64,000 nucleotides of DNA from a virus: IMG/VR virus record IMGVR_UViG_3300035169_000077, positions 1 through 64,000 of that record, one strand, 5' to 3'. This document shows positions 1-9,298 of this stretch, in pieces (position 1 is the stretch's first letter; each line of letters starts with the position of its first letter). The position numbers and the translations under genes are program-made. The notes beneath the pieces were generated by a model. That model saw nothing but the letters and a program-made list of their open reading frames with translations, searched no databases and was not told where the DNA came from.

Positions 1-98
1 GGACACGCCGGCGAGACGGGCGCCTGAGCATCACCGGAACTTACGTGTAAGCTCACTGCCAGCGGTACCACTGTCCCTCCGGCCGGACCTTCGCGGGG

Positions 99-431
99 GT
101 GGGCATGCTGGTCACCCGCGCGGACGGCCTCATCGACCGCGACCAGGCCGCCGAGCTCTGCGGGGTCTCCCCGGACGCGATCACCATCTGGGCAACCCGC
201 GGGTACGTCGTCACGCTCCCGGACGGCAAGAAGGAACGCCGCTTCCTGCCCGTCGCGCTGCGCGAGGGACGCTCCCCGTACTACGACCCGGTTGAGGTCG
301 CGAAGGCCGAGCGCGCCACCCGCAAGCGCGGAAGGCGCCCACCGCCGCGCCCTCTCCTGCGCAGCGCCAACACCGCCGGCATCGAGGCCAGCGGGATAGA
401 CCCCAGGCAACTCCGGGGGCGGGCGGCCTGA
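99..431 (+). CDS. MerR/excisionase-like HTH DNA-binding protein
   Basis: IDRDQAAELCGVSPDAITIWATRG HTH pattern; sits just upstream of the terminase genes. Confidence 0.65.
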   Translation: MGMLVTRADGLIDRDQAAELCGVSPDAITIWATRGYVVTLPDGKKERRFLPVALREGRSPYYDPVEVAKAERATRKRGRRPPPRPLLRSANTAGIEASGIDPRQLRGRAA

Positions 432-449
432 GCCGCTAGCCTCTGCCAC

Positions 450-638
450 ATGACCACCCCGGCCGACCCGCCGCCCGGCAAGTCAATCGTGTCGTCCTGC
501 GCGGCCTGCGGGCGTCCCAAGGTCAGCGTCCACTGCATGGCGCTCGCCTGCACCTGGGCACGCTGCGACACCTGCCACGCCATCACCGGCACCGTGCGAG
601 GCCAGCCCCACGCGATGGGGACGCCGTTCCCCGCGTGA
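450..638 (+). CDS. small Cys-rich (zinc-ribbon-like) protein
   Basis: CAAC...C..LAC...CDTC; TAGCCT -10 box 7 nt before the ATG (leaderless). Confidence 0.5.
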   Translation: MTTPADPPPGKSIVSSCAACGRPKVSVHCMALACTWARCDTCHAITGTVRGQPHAMGTPFPA

Positions 639-671
639 CCCTCATGGAAACGGCGGCGGGAGGCGACCCTC

Positions 672-1274
672 ATGGATGAGGACAAGCCGAAGTGCGCCGG
701 GATGTCCAAGCAGACCGGCAAGCGCTGCAAGCGAGACCCGGCGATCGGCCTGGACAAGTGCGCCATCCACTGCGGGCTGTCGAAGGCCGAGCGCGACCGG
801 ATCGCCGCCGAGTACCTCGCCATGCAAGAGGCCCGCAGGGCCGTCATCACGTACGGGCTACCCCGGGACATCTCGCCCGGCGACGCCCTGCTTGAGGAAG
901 TGCGCTACACGGCCGGCCACGTCGCGTGGCTGCGCGAGCGGATCCGGGAGCTTGAGGACCGCGACCTAATCTGGGGCGTGACGGAGCAGGTTGAGAAGAA
1001 CGCCACCGAGTTCGAGGGCACCGACACGACCGAGGCCGCCAAGCCGAACGTGTGGCTTGACCTGTACTACCGGGAGCGCAAGCACCTAGTCGACGTCGCC
1101 AAGGCTGCCATCGCCGCCGGGATCGAGGAGCGCAAGGTTCGGCTCGCCGAGCAGCAGGGCGCGCTCGTCGCCATGGTGATCCGCGGAATCCTCGCTGACC
1201 TGAAGCTGACCCCGGACCAGCGGGAACTCGTCGCCGAGGTGGTGCCGCGCCGCCTCCGGGCGCTCGCGGGCTAG
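672..1274 (+). CDS. terS: terminase small subunit
   Basis: N-terminal C..K.TG.RC...C..H.G zinc motif, helical body, GGGAGG RBS, directly upstream of TerL. Confidence 0.75.
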   Translation: MDEDKPKCAGMSKQTGKRCKRDPAIGLDKCAIHCGLSKAERDRIAAEYLAMQEARRAVITYGLPRDISPGDALLEEVRYTAGHVAWLRERIRELEDRDLIWGVTEQVEKNATEFEGTDTTEAAKPNVWLDLYYRERKHLVDVAKAAIAAGIEERKVRLAEQQGALVAMVIRGILADLKLTPDQRELVAEVVPRRLRALAG

Positions 1275-1289
1275 CAGGGGAGGGCGGCT

Positions 1290-3677
1290 GTGGCCGCCGA
1301 CACGGAGTGGGTTGAGTACGCGGCCCGCGAGTTCGAGGTTGTGCAGCCGCCGGAGTGGCGCGAGATCGCCCGGCCGGAGCAGCTGCCCCCGGATGGCAAG
1401 TGGCTGACGTGGGCGTTCATCGCCGGGCGCGGCGCGGGCAAGACGCGCTCCGCGGCCGAGTGGGCGCATGCACGGGCGATGGAAAACCCTGGCTGCCGGA
1501 TCGCCCTCGTTGGCCGTACCCCGGCCGACGTGCGCGATGTCATGATCGAGGGCGAGTCGGGGATCCTCGCGATCGCGGGCGGCGACAAGCCCGTCTACCA
1601 GTCGACCAAGCGGCGGCTGACGTGGCCGAACGGGTCGATGGCTTATGCCTATTCTGCCGAGGTCCCCCCGCAGCTGCGAGGCCCCCAGCACCACTACGCC
1701 TGGGCTGACGAGGCCGCCAGCTGGACGGACGCCCGCAAGGGCGACGTGCTGGACACGGCGTGGAACAACCTCATGCTCGGCCTGCGGCTCGGCGCTGACC
1801 CGCGGTGCGTGGTCACGACGACGCCGAAGCCGAACGCGCTCACCAAGACGATCCTCGGCCGGAAGTCGACCGTCGTCACCAAGGGCACGACGTACGACAA
1901 CCTGGCGAACCTGGCCCCGTCGTTCCGCGAGGAAGTCCTCGCCGCCTACGAGGGCACCCGCATCGGCCGGCAGGAACTGCTCGGCGAGATGCTCGAAGAC
2001 GTCGAGGGCGCGCTGTGGACGCTCGCGCTGATCGACCAGGCCAGGGTCAAGGGCCACCCGGACCTGGCCCGCGTCGTCGTCGCGGTCGACCCCTCCGGCG
2101 GCGAAGGCCCGGACTCTGACGAGCAGGGCATCATCGTGGCAGGCCTCGGGGTCGACGCCGAGGTGTACATCCTGGCGGACAGGTCATGCAAGCTGTCCCC
2201 GCACGGCTGGGCGTCGCGGGCCGTGGCCGCTTACCGGGAGTTCGCCGCTGACCGGATCGTCGCCGAGGTGAACTACGGCGGCGCGATGGTGGCGTCAACG
2301 ATCGGGATGGCCGACTCCGCAGTTCCGGTGAAGGTGATCACCGCCTCGCGGGGAAAGGTGCAGCGGGCCGAGCCGGTCTCCCTGGCATACGAGCAGGGCC
2401 GCGTGCACCATGTCGGGCCGCTGGCCAAGCTCGAAGACCAGATGACCACCTGGACCCCGCTGGACGGGACGAGTCCAGACCGGCTGGACGCCTGCATCGC
2501 AGCCGGGACGCCAGTGCTCACGGCGCGCGGCGAGGTGCCGATTGAGGATGTCGTAACCGGAGACCTGGCGTGGACGCGCCAGGGCTGGAAGCCGGTCACG
2601 GCGGCTAGGCGCACCCGCAGGGACGCTGAGGTACTGACGGCCGTGCTGTCGTCCGGCAGGACACTGACGGCCACCCCGGACCACCGGGTATGGGTTGAGG
2701 GCATCGGCTGGACCCGGATGGATGCCCTCGTGTGGGCTGATAGACTTTCAGGGTGGAAGAATCCCCGGTCGCAGTCACCTACAGAGGCGTCACGTACAAG
2801 CGCAACCCCAGCGCTAAGCAGCGTGCCCACCGGGTCTACTACAACGCACCGAGAGGCAGCGGGCGCAGTTCGCTGCACCGTGACACCTGGCGCGACAACC
2901 ACCCCGGCGAGGACATCCCCGCAGGCTGGCACGTCCACCACAAGGACCACGACCCGTTCAACAACGACCCCGGCAACCTCGTCCTCCGGTCACCCAAGGG
3001 CCATGCCGCCGAGCACCCCGAAGTCGCCGGGATGCCAGCCGATCACCTCGCCGCCATACGCCCCCTCGCCGCCGACTGGCACGCAAGCGCCGAGGGCCGC
3101 GAGTGGCACGCCGAGCACGGCAAGCGCACCTGGGAAGACCGCGAGCCCGTGGCCCGCAAGGCATGCGGCCAGTGCGGCGAGCAGTTCGACGCGTGGTTCG
3201 ACCGGGCCGAGTACTGCTCTCGCACCTGCATCAACCGCGCCACTGAGCACAGGCTCCGCCGCAGTGCCGTCTGCGTCATCTGCGGATCGGAGTACGAGCA
3301 GGACCGCAAGGCCCGAGGTCAGACCTGCTCCCGCAAGTGTGGCGCGGCTCTGCGCAAGCAGCGAGCGGCGTGACGTCTACGACCTGACGGTGGCCGATGC
3401 CCATGAGTTCGTCGCGGCCGGGGTCATCGTCCACAACTGCGTCTGGGCGATCACCGAATTGACCGGGAACTTCGGAGCGGACGCCTGGCTGGCATGGGGG
3501 CGACGCAAGGCGCAGGAAGCCGCTGCGGCGCGAGGTGAAGCCCCCGCCCCCGCTCCTCGCCCGCCAGTGGCCCAGCCCGAGGCACCCCCCGAGCCGGAGC
3601 ATGTCCCGTTGGACCCGGTGACGGCACGGAAGCTGGCAAGGGACGCGGCGTTCAGGTCATCAGGTAACGGACGGTAG
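1290..3677 (+). CDS. terL: terminase large subunit, intein-containing (about 480 aa after splicing)
   Basis: Walker A AGRGAGKT, LRGPQ, Walker B WADE, TTTP coupling motif; nuclease VAVDPS, AEVNYGG, DRLDA/CVWAITEL. Confidence 0.95.
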   Translation: MAADTEWVEYAAREFEVVQPPEWREIARPEQLPPDGKWLTWAFIAGRGAGKTRSAAEWAHARAMENPGCRIALVGRTPADVRDVMIEGESGILAIAGGDKPVYQSTKRRLTWPNGSMAYAYSAEVPPQLRGPQHHYAWADEAASWTDARKGDVLDTAWNNLMLGLRLGADPRCVVTTTPKPNALTKTILGRKSTVVTKGTTYDNLANLAPSFREEVLAAYEGTRIGRQELLGEMLEDVEGALWTLALIDQARVKGHPDLARVVVAVDPSGGEGPDSDEQGIIVAGLGVDAEVYILADRSCKLSPHGWASRAVAAYREFAADRIVAEVNYGGAMVASTIGMADSAVPVKVITASRGKVQRAEPVSLAYEQGRVHHVGPLAKLEDQMTTWTPLDGTSPDRLDACIAAGTPVLTARGEVPIEDVVTGDLAWTRQGWKPVTAARRTRRDAEVLTAVLSSGRTLTATPDHRVWVEGIGWTRMDALVWADRLSGWKNPRSQSPTEASRTSATPALSSVPTGSTTTHREAAGAVRCTVTPGATTTPARTSPQAGTSTTRTTTRSTTTPATSSSGHPRAMPPSTPKSPGCQPITSPPYAPSPPTGTQAPRAASGTPSTASAPGKTASPWPARHAASAASSSTRGSTGPSTALAPASTAPLSTGSAAVPSASSADRSTSRTARPEVRPAPASVARLCASSERRDVYDLTVADAHEFVAAGVIVHNCVWAITELTGNFGADAWLAWGRRKAQEAAAARGEAPAPAPRPPVAQPEAPPEPEHVPLDPVTARKLARDAAFRSSGNGR
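2738..2752 (+). promoter_or_regulatory. internal extended -10 promoter for a leaderless HNH mRNA
   Basis: TGA-TAGACT followed by 6 nt and then GTG 2753. Confidence 0.65.
2753..3373 (+). CDS. HNH homing endonuclease with C-terminal zinc fingers, nested out of frame inside the intein
   Basis: LHRDTW...IPAGWHVHHKDHDPFNNDPGNL...H...H; CGQCG...YCSRTC and CVICG...TCSRKC; own GTG start and TGA stop. Confidence 0.9.
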   Translation: MEESPVAVTYRGVTYKRNPSAKQRAHRVYYNAPRGSGRSSLHRDTWRDNHPGEDIPAGWHVHHKDHDPFNNDPGNLVLRSPKGHAAEHPEVAGMPADHLAAIRPLAADWHASAEGREWHAEHGKRTWEDREPVARKACGQCGEQFDAWFDRAEYCSRTCINRATEHRLRRSAVCVICGSEYEQDRKARGQTCSRKCGAALRKQRAA

Positions 3678-3750
3678 CCGGAGACCGGCGCTGGTGCCAG
3701 GATTCGCGGGCTGAGACCCCAACACTGGCCGGTAACTTCACTGAGCGTGC

Positions 3751-3954
3751 TCACCGCCTGATCCTCCGGTCCCGCTCCCGCTCCGTCACGAGCTCCACCT
3801 GAGCGACCGGCTCCCCGTCGCCGAGCCACCACGTGACGCCCCAGGCGATCATCGGCTCCGCGCGGGGGAAGACAACCGCGTCGCCCGCTCGCGGCACCGC
3901 GTCAAGGTCGAACCCCCCGAGGCTGGCCACGCCGCGCCTGAACTCGACTCTCAC
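3751..3954 (-). CDS. hypothetical antisense moron
   Basis: Start re-picked at GTG 3954, 6 nt after TGG-GATCAT. Confidence 0.55.
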   Translation of the reverse strand: MRVEFRRGVASLGGFDLDAVPRAGDAVVFPRAEPMIAWGVTWWLGDGEPVAQVELVTERERDRRIRR

Positions 3955-3984
3955 CCGCCCATGATCCCATCCGAGAGGGGAGCC

Positions 3985-4254
3985 GTGGCAGACGCCGAGG
4001 CGACGCCGGTCTTCGAGTTCAGCGGCACCTGGCCCTTCAACGGCCAGGTGAAGATCGGCGGGCACCCCGTCTCCTCCGTCACCTCGTTTCACGTCGATGC
4101 GCTCGCTGACGGCATCCCGGTAGTCACCCTGACCCTCGTCGGCCCCGGCGCCCTCCGCCTCCTCCTCGCGGCGGGGGCGGCTGACGTGCGGATCCCGGAC
4201 GAGACCCGCCAGGCGCTGACGGCCCTCGGCTGGACGCCGCCGTCAGGTCCGTAA
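3985..4254 (+). CDS. hypothetical protein
   Basis: GAGGGGAG RBS before GTG; typical codon usage. Confidence 0.6.
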   Translation: MADAEATPVFEFSGTWPFNGQVKIGGHPVSSVTSFHVDALADGIPVVTLTLVGPGALRLLLAAGAADVRIPDETRQALTALGWTPPSGP

Positions 4255-4274
4255 CCGAGGAGGGCGACTGTTAG

Positions 4275-7200
4275 ATGAGCGTCGCCTCCCGCATCGCCGC
4301 CCCGGACGTGACGGTGGCGAAGACCTACGGGACCTCCGTCCCCCCGCAGATCACGGCGGCCGAGGAACGGTCCCAGATGACCCCGGCATCGCCGTTCAGC
4401 CCCGGCGAGCCGATCGGGCCGTACGACGGGTTTAGCCGCACGCCGCGCTCCCATGAGTTCGTCACCAGCGTCAACACCTCATCGCGGCCGAGGTCCCATG
4501 AGCGCGTCTCCTTCGAGACCCTCAAGGGCCTGATCCGCTCCTACGACGTGGCTCAGTTGTGCATCCGCCACCGCATCGCGTCCCTGCGGTCCCTGGACTG
4601 GAAGCTGATCGCCGCCGACGCGCACGATGGCGATGTCGCCAGCGCGATCGAAACGGGCATGGCCGCGCTGAAGCGCCCCGACCGCAAGACCCTGTTCAAG
4701 CCGTGGCTGGCCAAGTATTTGAGGGGCATCCTGTCCTTCGACGCCGGCACCCTGTACCGGATGCGGAACCGCGGCGGCCGGGTCGTCGGCCTCAAGGTCA
4801 TCGACGGCACCACCATCGCCCCGCTCATCGACTACTGGGGCGACTCCCCGGAGGCGGAAGCCCCCGCCTACGTCCAATACGTGAATGGATTGCCGTGGAA
4901 CTGGCTTACCCGCGATGACCTGATCTACGAGCCGTACGACCCGCAGGACGACTCAATCTACGGGCGGGCGCCGCTTGAGGACATCCTCCTCAACGCCAAT
5001 ACGGATATCCGATTTCAGCTGTACTTTTTGCAGCGCTTTACCGAGGGAAACCTCCCGCACGCTTTCGCGTCTGCCCCGGAAACCTGGACTCCCGATCAGA
5101 TCGAGCAATTCCAGGAGTACTGGGATGGCTTCATGCTGGGCGACCAGAGCCGGAAGCACCAGATTAGGTGGGTGCCCGGGGGCAGTTCCTTTGCATGGTC
5201 GGATGAGAAGGAATTCACCGACAATTTCTCGCTATTCTTGATGCGAAAGACCTGCGCAGCCTATAGCGTAGTCCCTTCGGACCTGGGCTTTACGGAGTCG
5301 GTCAACCGCTCCTCGGGCGAATCACAGGCTGACGTTCAGCACCGCGTAGGGGACCTCCCGCTCGCCCATCACGTAATGGACATCCTGTCGGCATTCCTCC
5401 AGGATGACCTCGGGCTGCCGCTGAAGTTCATCTTCGACCTCGGCGAGGAGCAGGACGACCGCGTCGACCAGGCGCAGGCAGACGACATCTACATGAAGAT
5501 GGGCGTCATCGGCCCCAGCGACATCCGGGAGATGCGCTACGGCCTGGCCGAGCCGGAGGGCAAGCCGGTACCGCGGTTCATCTACACGGAGCGCTCCGGC
5601 CCGATCCCGCTGTCGTCGCTGTTCGCGGTGGCCGGGGAGATCGACCCCGCGACCGCCGCCCCGCTCCCGGATGCCCCGCTGTCACGCGAGGTGTTCGGCG
5701 GCACAGAGGGCGTCCTGCCGAACCCGCCGATCCACGTGATGTCCCTGGCCGAGCAGATGTACGGCGAGTCCGCGATGCCCCCCGCGCCGCCGCCGCAGCC
5801 GGTCATGCAGCCGTCCGACGCGACAGGCGCCCCCGTGGCCAAGGAAGGCGAAGCCGCCGCCGCTGCGGGGATCACGGCCGAGACCGGGCTGTACAGTTAC
5901 GACCTCGTCCGCGCCCTTGACGATGACGAGGACTCCGACGCCGCATCGGTGGCCAAGGAGATGCGGGCGTTCCGCAACTTCGAGAAGGCACGGCGCAAGG
6001 CCGGCGAGTGGCGCGACTTTGAGTTCCGGGCCATCGGCCGGACGCGCGGCCACAACCTAAACGACTCCGGTCGGCTGGCCGTCCGCAAGGAAGCCGGGCA
6101 AGTCGCGGTCGCGGGCCTCGCAGTCCTCGCCGCGGACACGGGCCGGGTGCTGATGCTCCAGCGCGCCCTCGTTGACGACGACCCCGCGGCGGGCACCTGG
6201 GAATTCCCGGGAGGCCACCTTGAGGGCGACGAGTCGCCTCTCGCCGCAGCCTGGCGCGAATGGCAGGAGGAAACAGGCTCCGCCTGCGCCCCCGGCGTGC
6301 AGACCGGTTCGTGGACGTCCGGGATCTACCAGGGCATCGTGTGGACGATCGAGCGCGAGGCTATGGTCCCCGTGCGCTCGGACAGCGTGATCACGAACCC
6401 GGACGACCCAGACTCTGACCAGGTCGAGGCAATCGCATGGTGGGACCCGGAGACGCTGCCCGGCAACCCGGTAGTGCGCCCCGAGCTGCTCGCCGCGATC
6501 GACGACGTGATGACCGCGCTCGGCTGCACCGACGCTGAGCCGACGCAAGGCGATGAGTCAACCTGCCCGTGCGGGACGCCTGTCGTGTACGACGAGATGA
6601 ACGGCTGGCAGCACGCTGACGGGTCCGTCTCGCACGACAACGGCGAGTCGGTAAGCGACAAGATGGCGGGCATAGCCAAGGCGGCTGATGCTCGCCCAAA
6701 AGGCTGGCCCGGCTGGAAGCTTGACCTCCGGGCCGCTAGCTACTGGCAGCCGTTCGTCACCGCCTCGGCGCAGCAGTCGCTGACCCGGGACAAGCTGAAC
6801 GAGATCGGGACCGCGTACATCGCGGCCAATCCTGGCCAGGACGGCACTGCACCCGGGAAGCGGGACCGGAACGCCGCCGCCCTGGCCTGGCTGACAGCCC
6901 GGGGCGTCACCGTCCCGATGGGCGAGGTTGCTGAGGGGATCGCCACTGACGCGGCGATGATCGGCGGGGCCTCCGCGCAGGCCGCGGTGAACGGTGACGA
7001 CACGGCGGACACCGGGGACTGGGAGCCGGGCGACCCCGTCACGGCGCGGCAGGTCGCCGAGGGCCTGGGCGTCGCTGCGGTGCTGGCACTGATGCCCGGC
7101 GGTGACGGCTCAGGCTCCGGCGGCGGGGCTGCGGGCACTGTCGCCGGGGACATGGAAGACGGGTACCTGAACGTCGTCGCCCGGGTCCTCGCCGGGTGGG

Positions 7201-7520
7201 ACCCGGACGTGGCGGCCGAAGAGCTGACAGGCATGCTCTCGGACGCGGTCGCGGACGGGGCCTATGCCGAGGGCCTGACCGTCACGCAGATCACGACGGT
7301 CTCCGGCGATGCCGCCATGGACTACTACCTGGCCAACTCGCTGTCGGAGCTTCAGTGGCTGGTGGATGACTCGCCGAATGTGTGCCCGGTTTGCCTGGCG
7401 AACGAGCGGGCCGGGCCTATCCCGGCCCGGACGGCATGGCCCTCAGGTGCGCAGAACGTGCCGCAGCATCCAAGGTGCCGGTGCTCGATCGTGCCGGCCT
7501 GGTTCCTTACTGGCGGCTAG
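4275..7520 (+). CDS. portal protein fused to a NUDIX hydrolase and a MuF-like head morphogenesis domain
   Basis: Portal motifs (IDGTTI.P, IYGRAPLE, AYSVVPSDLGF); NUDIX box GTWEFPGGHLEGDESPLAAAWREWQEETG; C-terminal CPVC...PQHPRCRC. Confidence 0.9.
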   Translation: MSVASRIAAPDVTVAKTYGTSVPPQITAAEERSQMTPASPFSPGEPIGPYDGFSRTPRSHEFVTSVNTSSRPRSHERVSFETLKGLIRSYDVAQLCIRHRIASLRSLDWKLIAADAHDGDVASAIETGMAALKRPDRKTLFKPWLAKYLRGILSFDAGTLYRMRNRGGRVVGLKVIDGTTIAPLIDYWGDSPEAEAPAYVQYVNGLPWNWLTRDDLIYEPYDPQDDSIYGRAPLEDILLNANTDIRFQLYFLQRFTEGNLPHAFASAPETWTPDQIEQFQEYWDGFMLGDQSRKHQIRWVPGGSSFAWSDEKEFTDNFSLFLMRKTCAAYSVVPSDLGFTESVNRSSGESQADVQHRVGDLPLAHHVMDILSAFLQDDLGLPLKFIFDLGEEQDDRVDQAQADDIYMKMGVIGPSDIREMRYGLAEPEGKPVPRFIYTERSGPIPLSSLFAVAGEIDPATAAPLPDAPLSREVFGGTEGVLPNPPIHVMSLAEQMYGESAMPPAPPPQPVMQPSDATGAPVAKEGEAAAAAGITAETGLYSYDLVRALDDDEDSDAASVAKEMRAFRNFEKARRKAGEWRDFEFRAIGRTRGHNLNDSGRLAVRKEAGQVAVAGLAVLAADTGRVLMLQRALVDDDPAAGTWEFPGGHLEGDESPLAAAWREWQEETGSACAPGVQTGSWTSGIYQGIVWTIEREAMVPVRSDSVITNPDDPDSDQVEAIAWWDPETLPGNPVVRPELLAAIDDVMTALGCTDAEPTQGDESTCPCGTPVVYDEMNGWQHADGSVSHDNGESVSDKMAGIAKAADARPKGWPGWKLDLRAASYWQPFVTASAQQSLTRDKLNEIGTAYIAANPGQDGTAPGKRDRNAAALAWLTARGVTVPMGEVAEGIATDAAMIGGASAQAAVNGDDTADTGDWEPGDPVTARQVAEGLGVAAVLALMPGGDGSGSGGGAAGTVAGDMEDGYLNVVARVLAGWDPDVAAEELTGMLSDAVADGAYAEGLTVTQITTVSGDAAMDYYLANSLSELQWLVDDSPNVCPVCLANERAGPIPARTAWPSGAQNVPQHPRCRCSIVPAWFLTGG

Positions 7521-8038
7521 CCGCCGAGCCCGGCGAGCATCCCGGTTGACAGCGCGCCGTGAACGACCAGCAGCTTCTTCGCCCCGGGCTTGCCTGGTGC
7601 CCCCGGCACGTGCTCGGCGCAGACCAGCGTCCCGCCGACCATCGTGATACCGGGCTGCGGCTGCGGCATCCCATCGGGCTGGCCCGGGCGCAGCGGCTCG
7701 GGCAGGAACGCCTCGGGTGCCTGCTGCATCGGGACGCCAAGCCTGGTGGCCTCCTCGGCGGCCTGCTGGTACCCCTCGGATGCGGCGGCCATCTCCGCCT
7801 CGTGCTTGTGCTCCCAGCCGAGCCGGGCGAGGACGCACGGGGCGCAAAGCTGGCGCGGGACCCGGACGGCCTGCCCGATCGCCATGGGGAGCTGGCCGAG
7901 CAGGGTTCCGAACGCCTGCGCCATCTGGGGCAGCATCCCGGCGATAGCGGAGACGCCGTCCGCAGTCTGCCGGGCGGGCGATGTGGGGCTGTTGCCGTTG
8001 AGCCCTGCCGGGGCCTGCGGTGAGGGTTCCTGGGTCAT
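7517..8038 (-). CDS. hypothetical antisense moron
   Basis: ATG 8038 lies 7 nt after GATAAT; CAPC...CAEH motif. Confidence 0.6.
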   Translation of the reverse strand: MTQEPSPQAPAGLNGNSPTSPARQTADGVSAIAGMLPQMAQAFGTLLGQLPMAIGQAVRVPRQLCAPCVLARLGWEHKHEAEMAAASEGYQQAAEEATRLGVPMQQAPEAFLPEPLRPGQPDGMPQPQPGITMVGGTLVCAEHVPGAPGKPGAKKLLVVHGALSTGMLAGLGG

Positions 8039-8072
8039 GCGGACGATTATCGCGGAAAGGGGAGCGTGAGCG

Positions 8073-8261
8073 GTGAGCGCGCCGAAGTCCACCTGCCCCG
8101 ACTGCCGCCAGCTGAAATCCGAGTGCCCCTGCCTTGACGACGATGACCTGTACCAGGTCGGCGACGGCGACGACTACCACGGGGCCGAGGGCCTTGAGAT
8201 CCTGCGCGTCCCCGCCGAGGGCGCACCCGTCAACGACCAGCAAGGAGAGTCAGCCGGATGA
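8073..8261 (+). CDS. small Cys/acidic hypothetical protein
   Basis: AAGGGGAG RBS; CPDC...C.C; coupled to the next gene. Confidence 0.5.
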   Translation: MSAPKSTCPDCRQLKSECPCLDDDDLYQVGDGDDYHGAEGLEILRVPAEGAPVNDQQGESAG

Positions 8262-8773
8262 GCCTGCCGCAGATCGATGAGGAAGCCCTCCTTGAGGCAG
8301 TCCTCAAGGTCATCAGCGGCCACGCCGTGGTGAAGCCGGGCGAGACGCTCGTCATCCGGGTCAGGGACTGGACGCCGACGCAGGTCGACATGTACCAGGA
8401 GTACCTGGAGAACAGGCACGCCGGCGGCGAGATCCCGTTCCGGCCGATCGTGGTCATCGGCGACGAGCTGGCCATCGTGAAGCCCGAGACGGAAGCCCCC
8501 GCTAGCCTGCCGGGACTGCCGACCCATGCGGTAGTCGAGATCGAGTGGGCTCACGGCGGCGCCCCCGTGTCGCAGAAGTTCGGCCCGTGGATGATCGCCC
8601 CGGACGACTCGCACATGGCGGCGATCGGCGGGTTCGTTCAGGGCTGGAGCCGGGGTTCCGGGACCGAGCCGGCACAGGTCACGCTGACGGTCGGCGATGA
8701 GTCGATAGCCGAGGGGGCTACGTCCCCGTACCGGGACCAGCCGTCGGCTAGCAGCCAGGCCCGGCCGACATGA
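8258..8773 (+). CDS. hypothetical protein
   Basis: AAGGAG RBS, ATGA overlap. Confidence 0.65.
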   Translation: MSLPQIDEEALLEAVLKVISGHAVVKPGETLVIRVRDWTPTQVDMYQEYLENRHAGGEIPFRPIVVIGDELAIVKPETEAPASLPGLPTHAVVEIEWAHGGAPVSQKFGPWMIAPDDSHMAAIGGFVQGWSRGSGTEPAQVTLTVGDESIAEGATSPYRDQPSASSQARPT

Positions 8774-9134
8774 GCACGTGCTTCAGCCTCGGCGCCGGGT
8801 TGGCGTCGACGTTGTACCCGGGGTTATCTGAGGCAAGCGCGATCGTCGTGCACTCACCGGGACCTTGCCCTGCGGTACCGGGGAAATCGTCCAGGGTGGT
8901 CTTGCAGTCGGCGAGGTCAACCGGGCCGACTTCGCTGGCGAGAGTGGACGCCCCGGGGTCCATGTCCCGCACGATGTAGTCCGGTCCCTGGTCCTTCAAC
9001 TTGCATGCCGCCGAGGATGACGGCGCGGCGACCGCCGCCGGCGGGGCACCGCTGCTGGCGGCAGGGGTGCCGGAGGAGCACGCGGCGAGGGCAAGGAGTG
9101 CCGGGGCGATCACGGCGAGGGGCAGTCGTCTCAT
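8748..9134 (-). CDS. lipoprotein
   Basis: MRR plus hydrophobic stretch and LAAC lipobox, followed by an S/A/P linker. Confidence 0.75.
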   Translation of the reverse strand: MRRLPLAVIAPALLALAACSSGTPAASSGAPPAAVAAPSSSAACKLKDQGPDYIVRDMDPGASTLASEVGPVDLADCKTTLDDFPGTAGQGPGECTTIALASDNPGYNVDANPAPRLKHVLMSAGPGC

Positions 9135-9298
9135 GACCTGTTGGACGCGCGAACGAGCCGGAAGGCCGGCAATGGCCAGCGGATCGTTACCCGGGGCAAC
9201 ACCGCGCTACGGTCCCGCCAAGCCCTCCCCGGGAAAGGGTGAGAGATCCCTAGCTTGCAGCCCGTGCAGGTCGGGCCGGGGCCTGGCCTTACCTACGT

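Larger units (their letters stand above)
2493..3437 (+). mobile_element. intein (315 aa) in the TerL nuclease domain
   Basis: Block A CIAAGTPVLT, block B TATPDHRVW, block F VYDLTVADAHEFVAAG, block G VHN followed by Cys+1; inserted right after DRLDA. Confidence 0.95.

Noticed and set aside
2753-3373. S/T/P-rich segment of TerL as a real mucin-like domain, or a double sequencing frameshift
   Set aside because: It is the alternate-frame reading of an HNH gene that has its own promoter, start and stop at the intein domain boundaries
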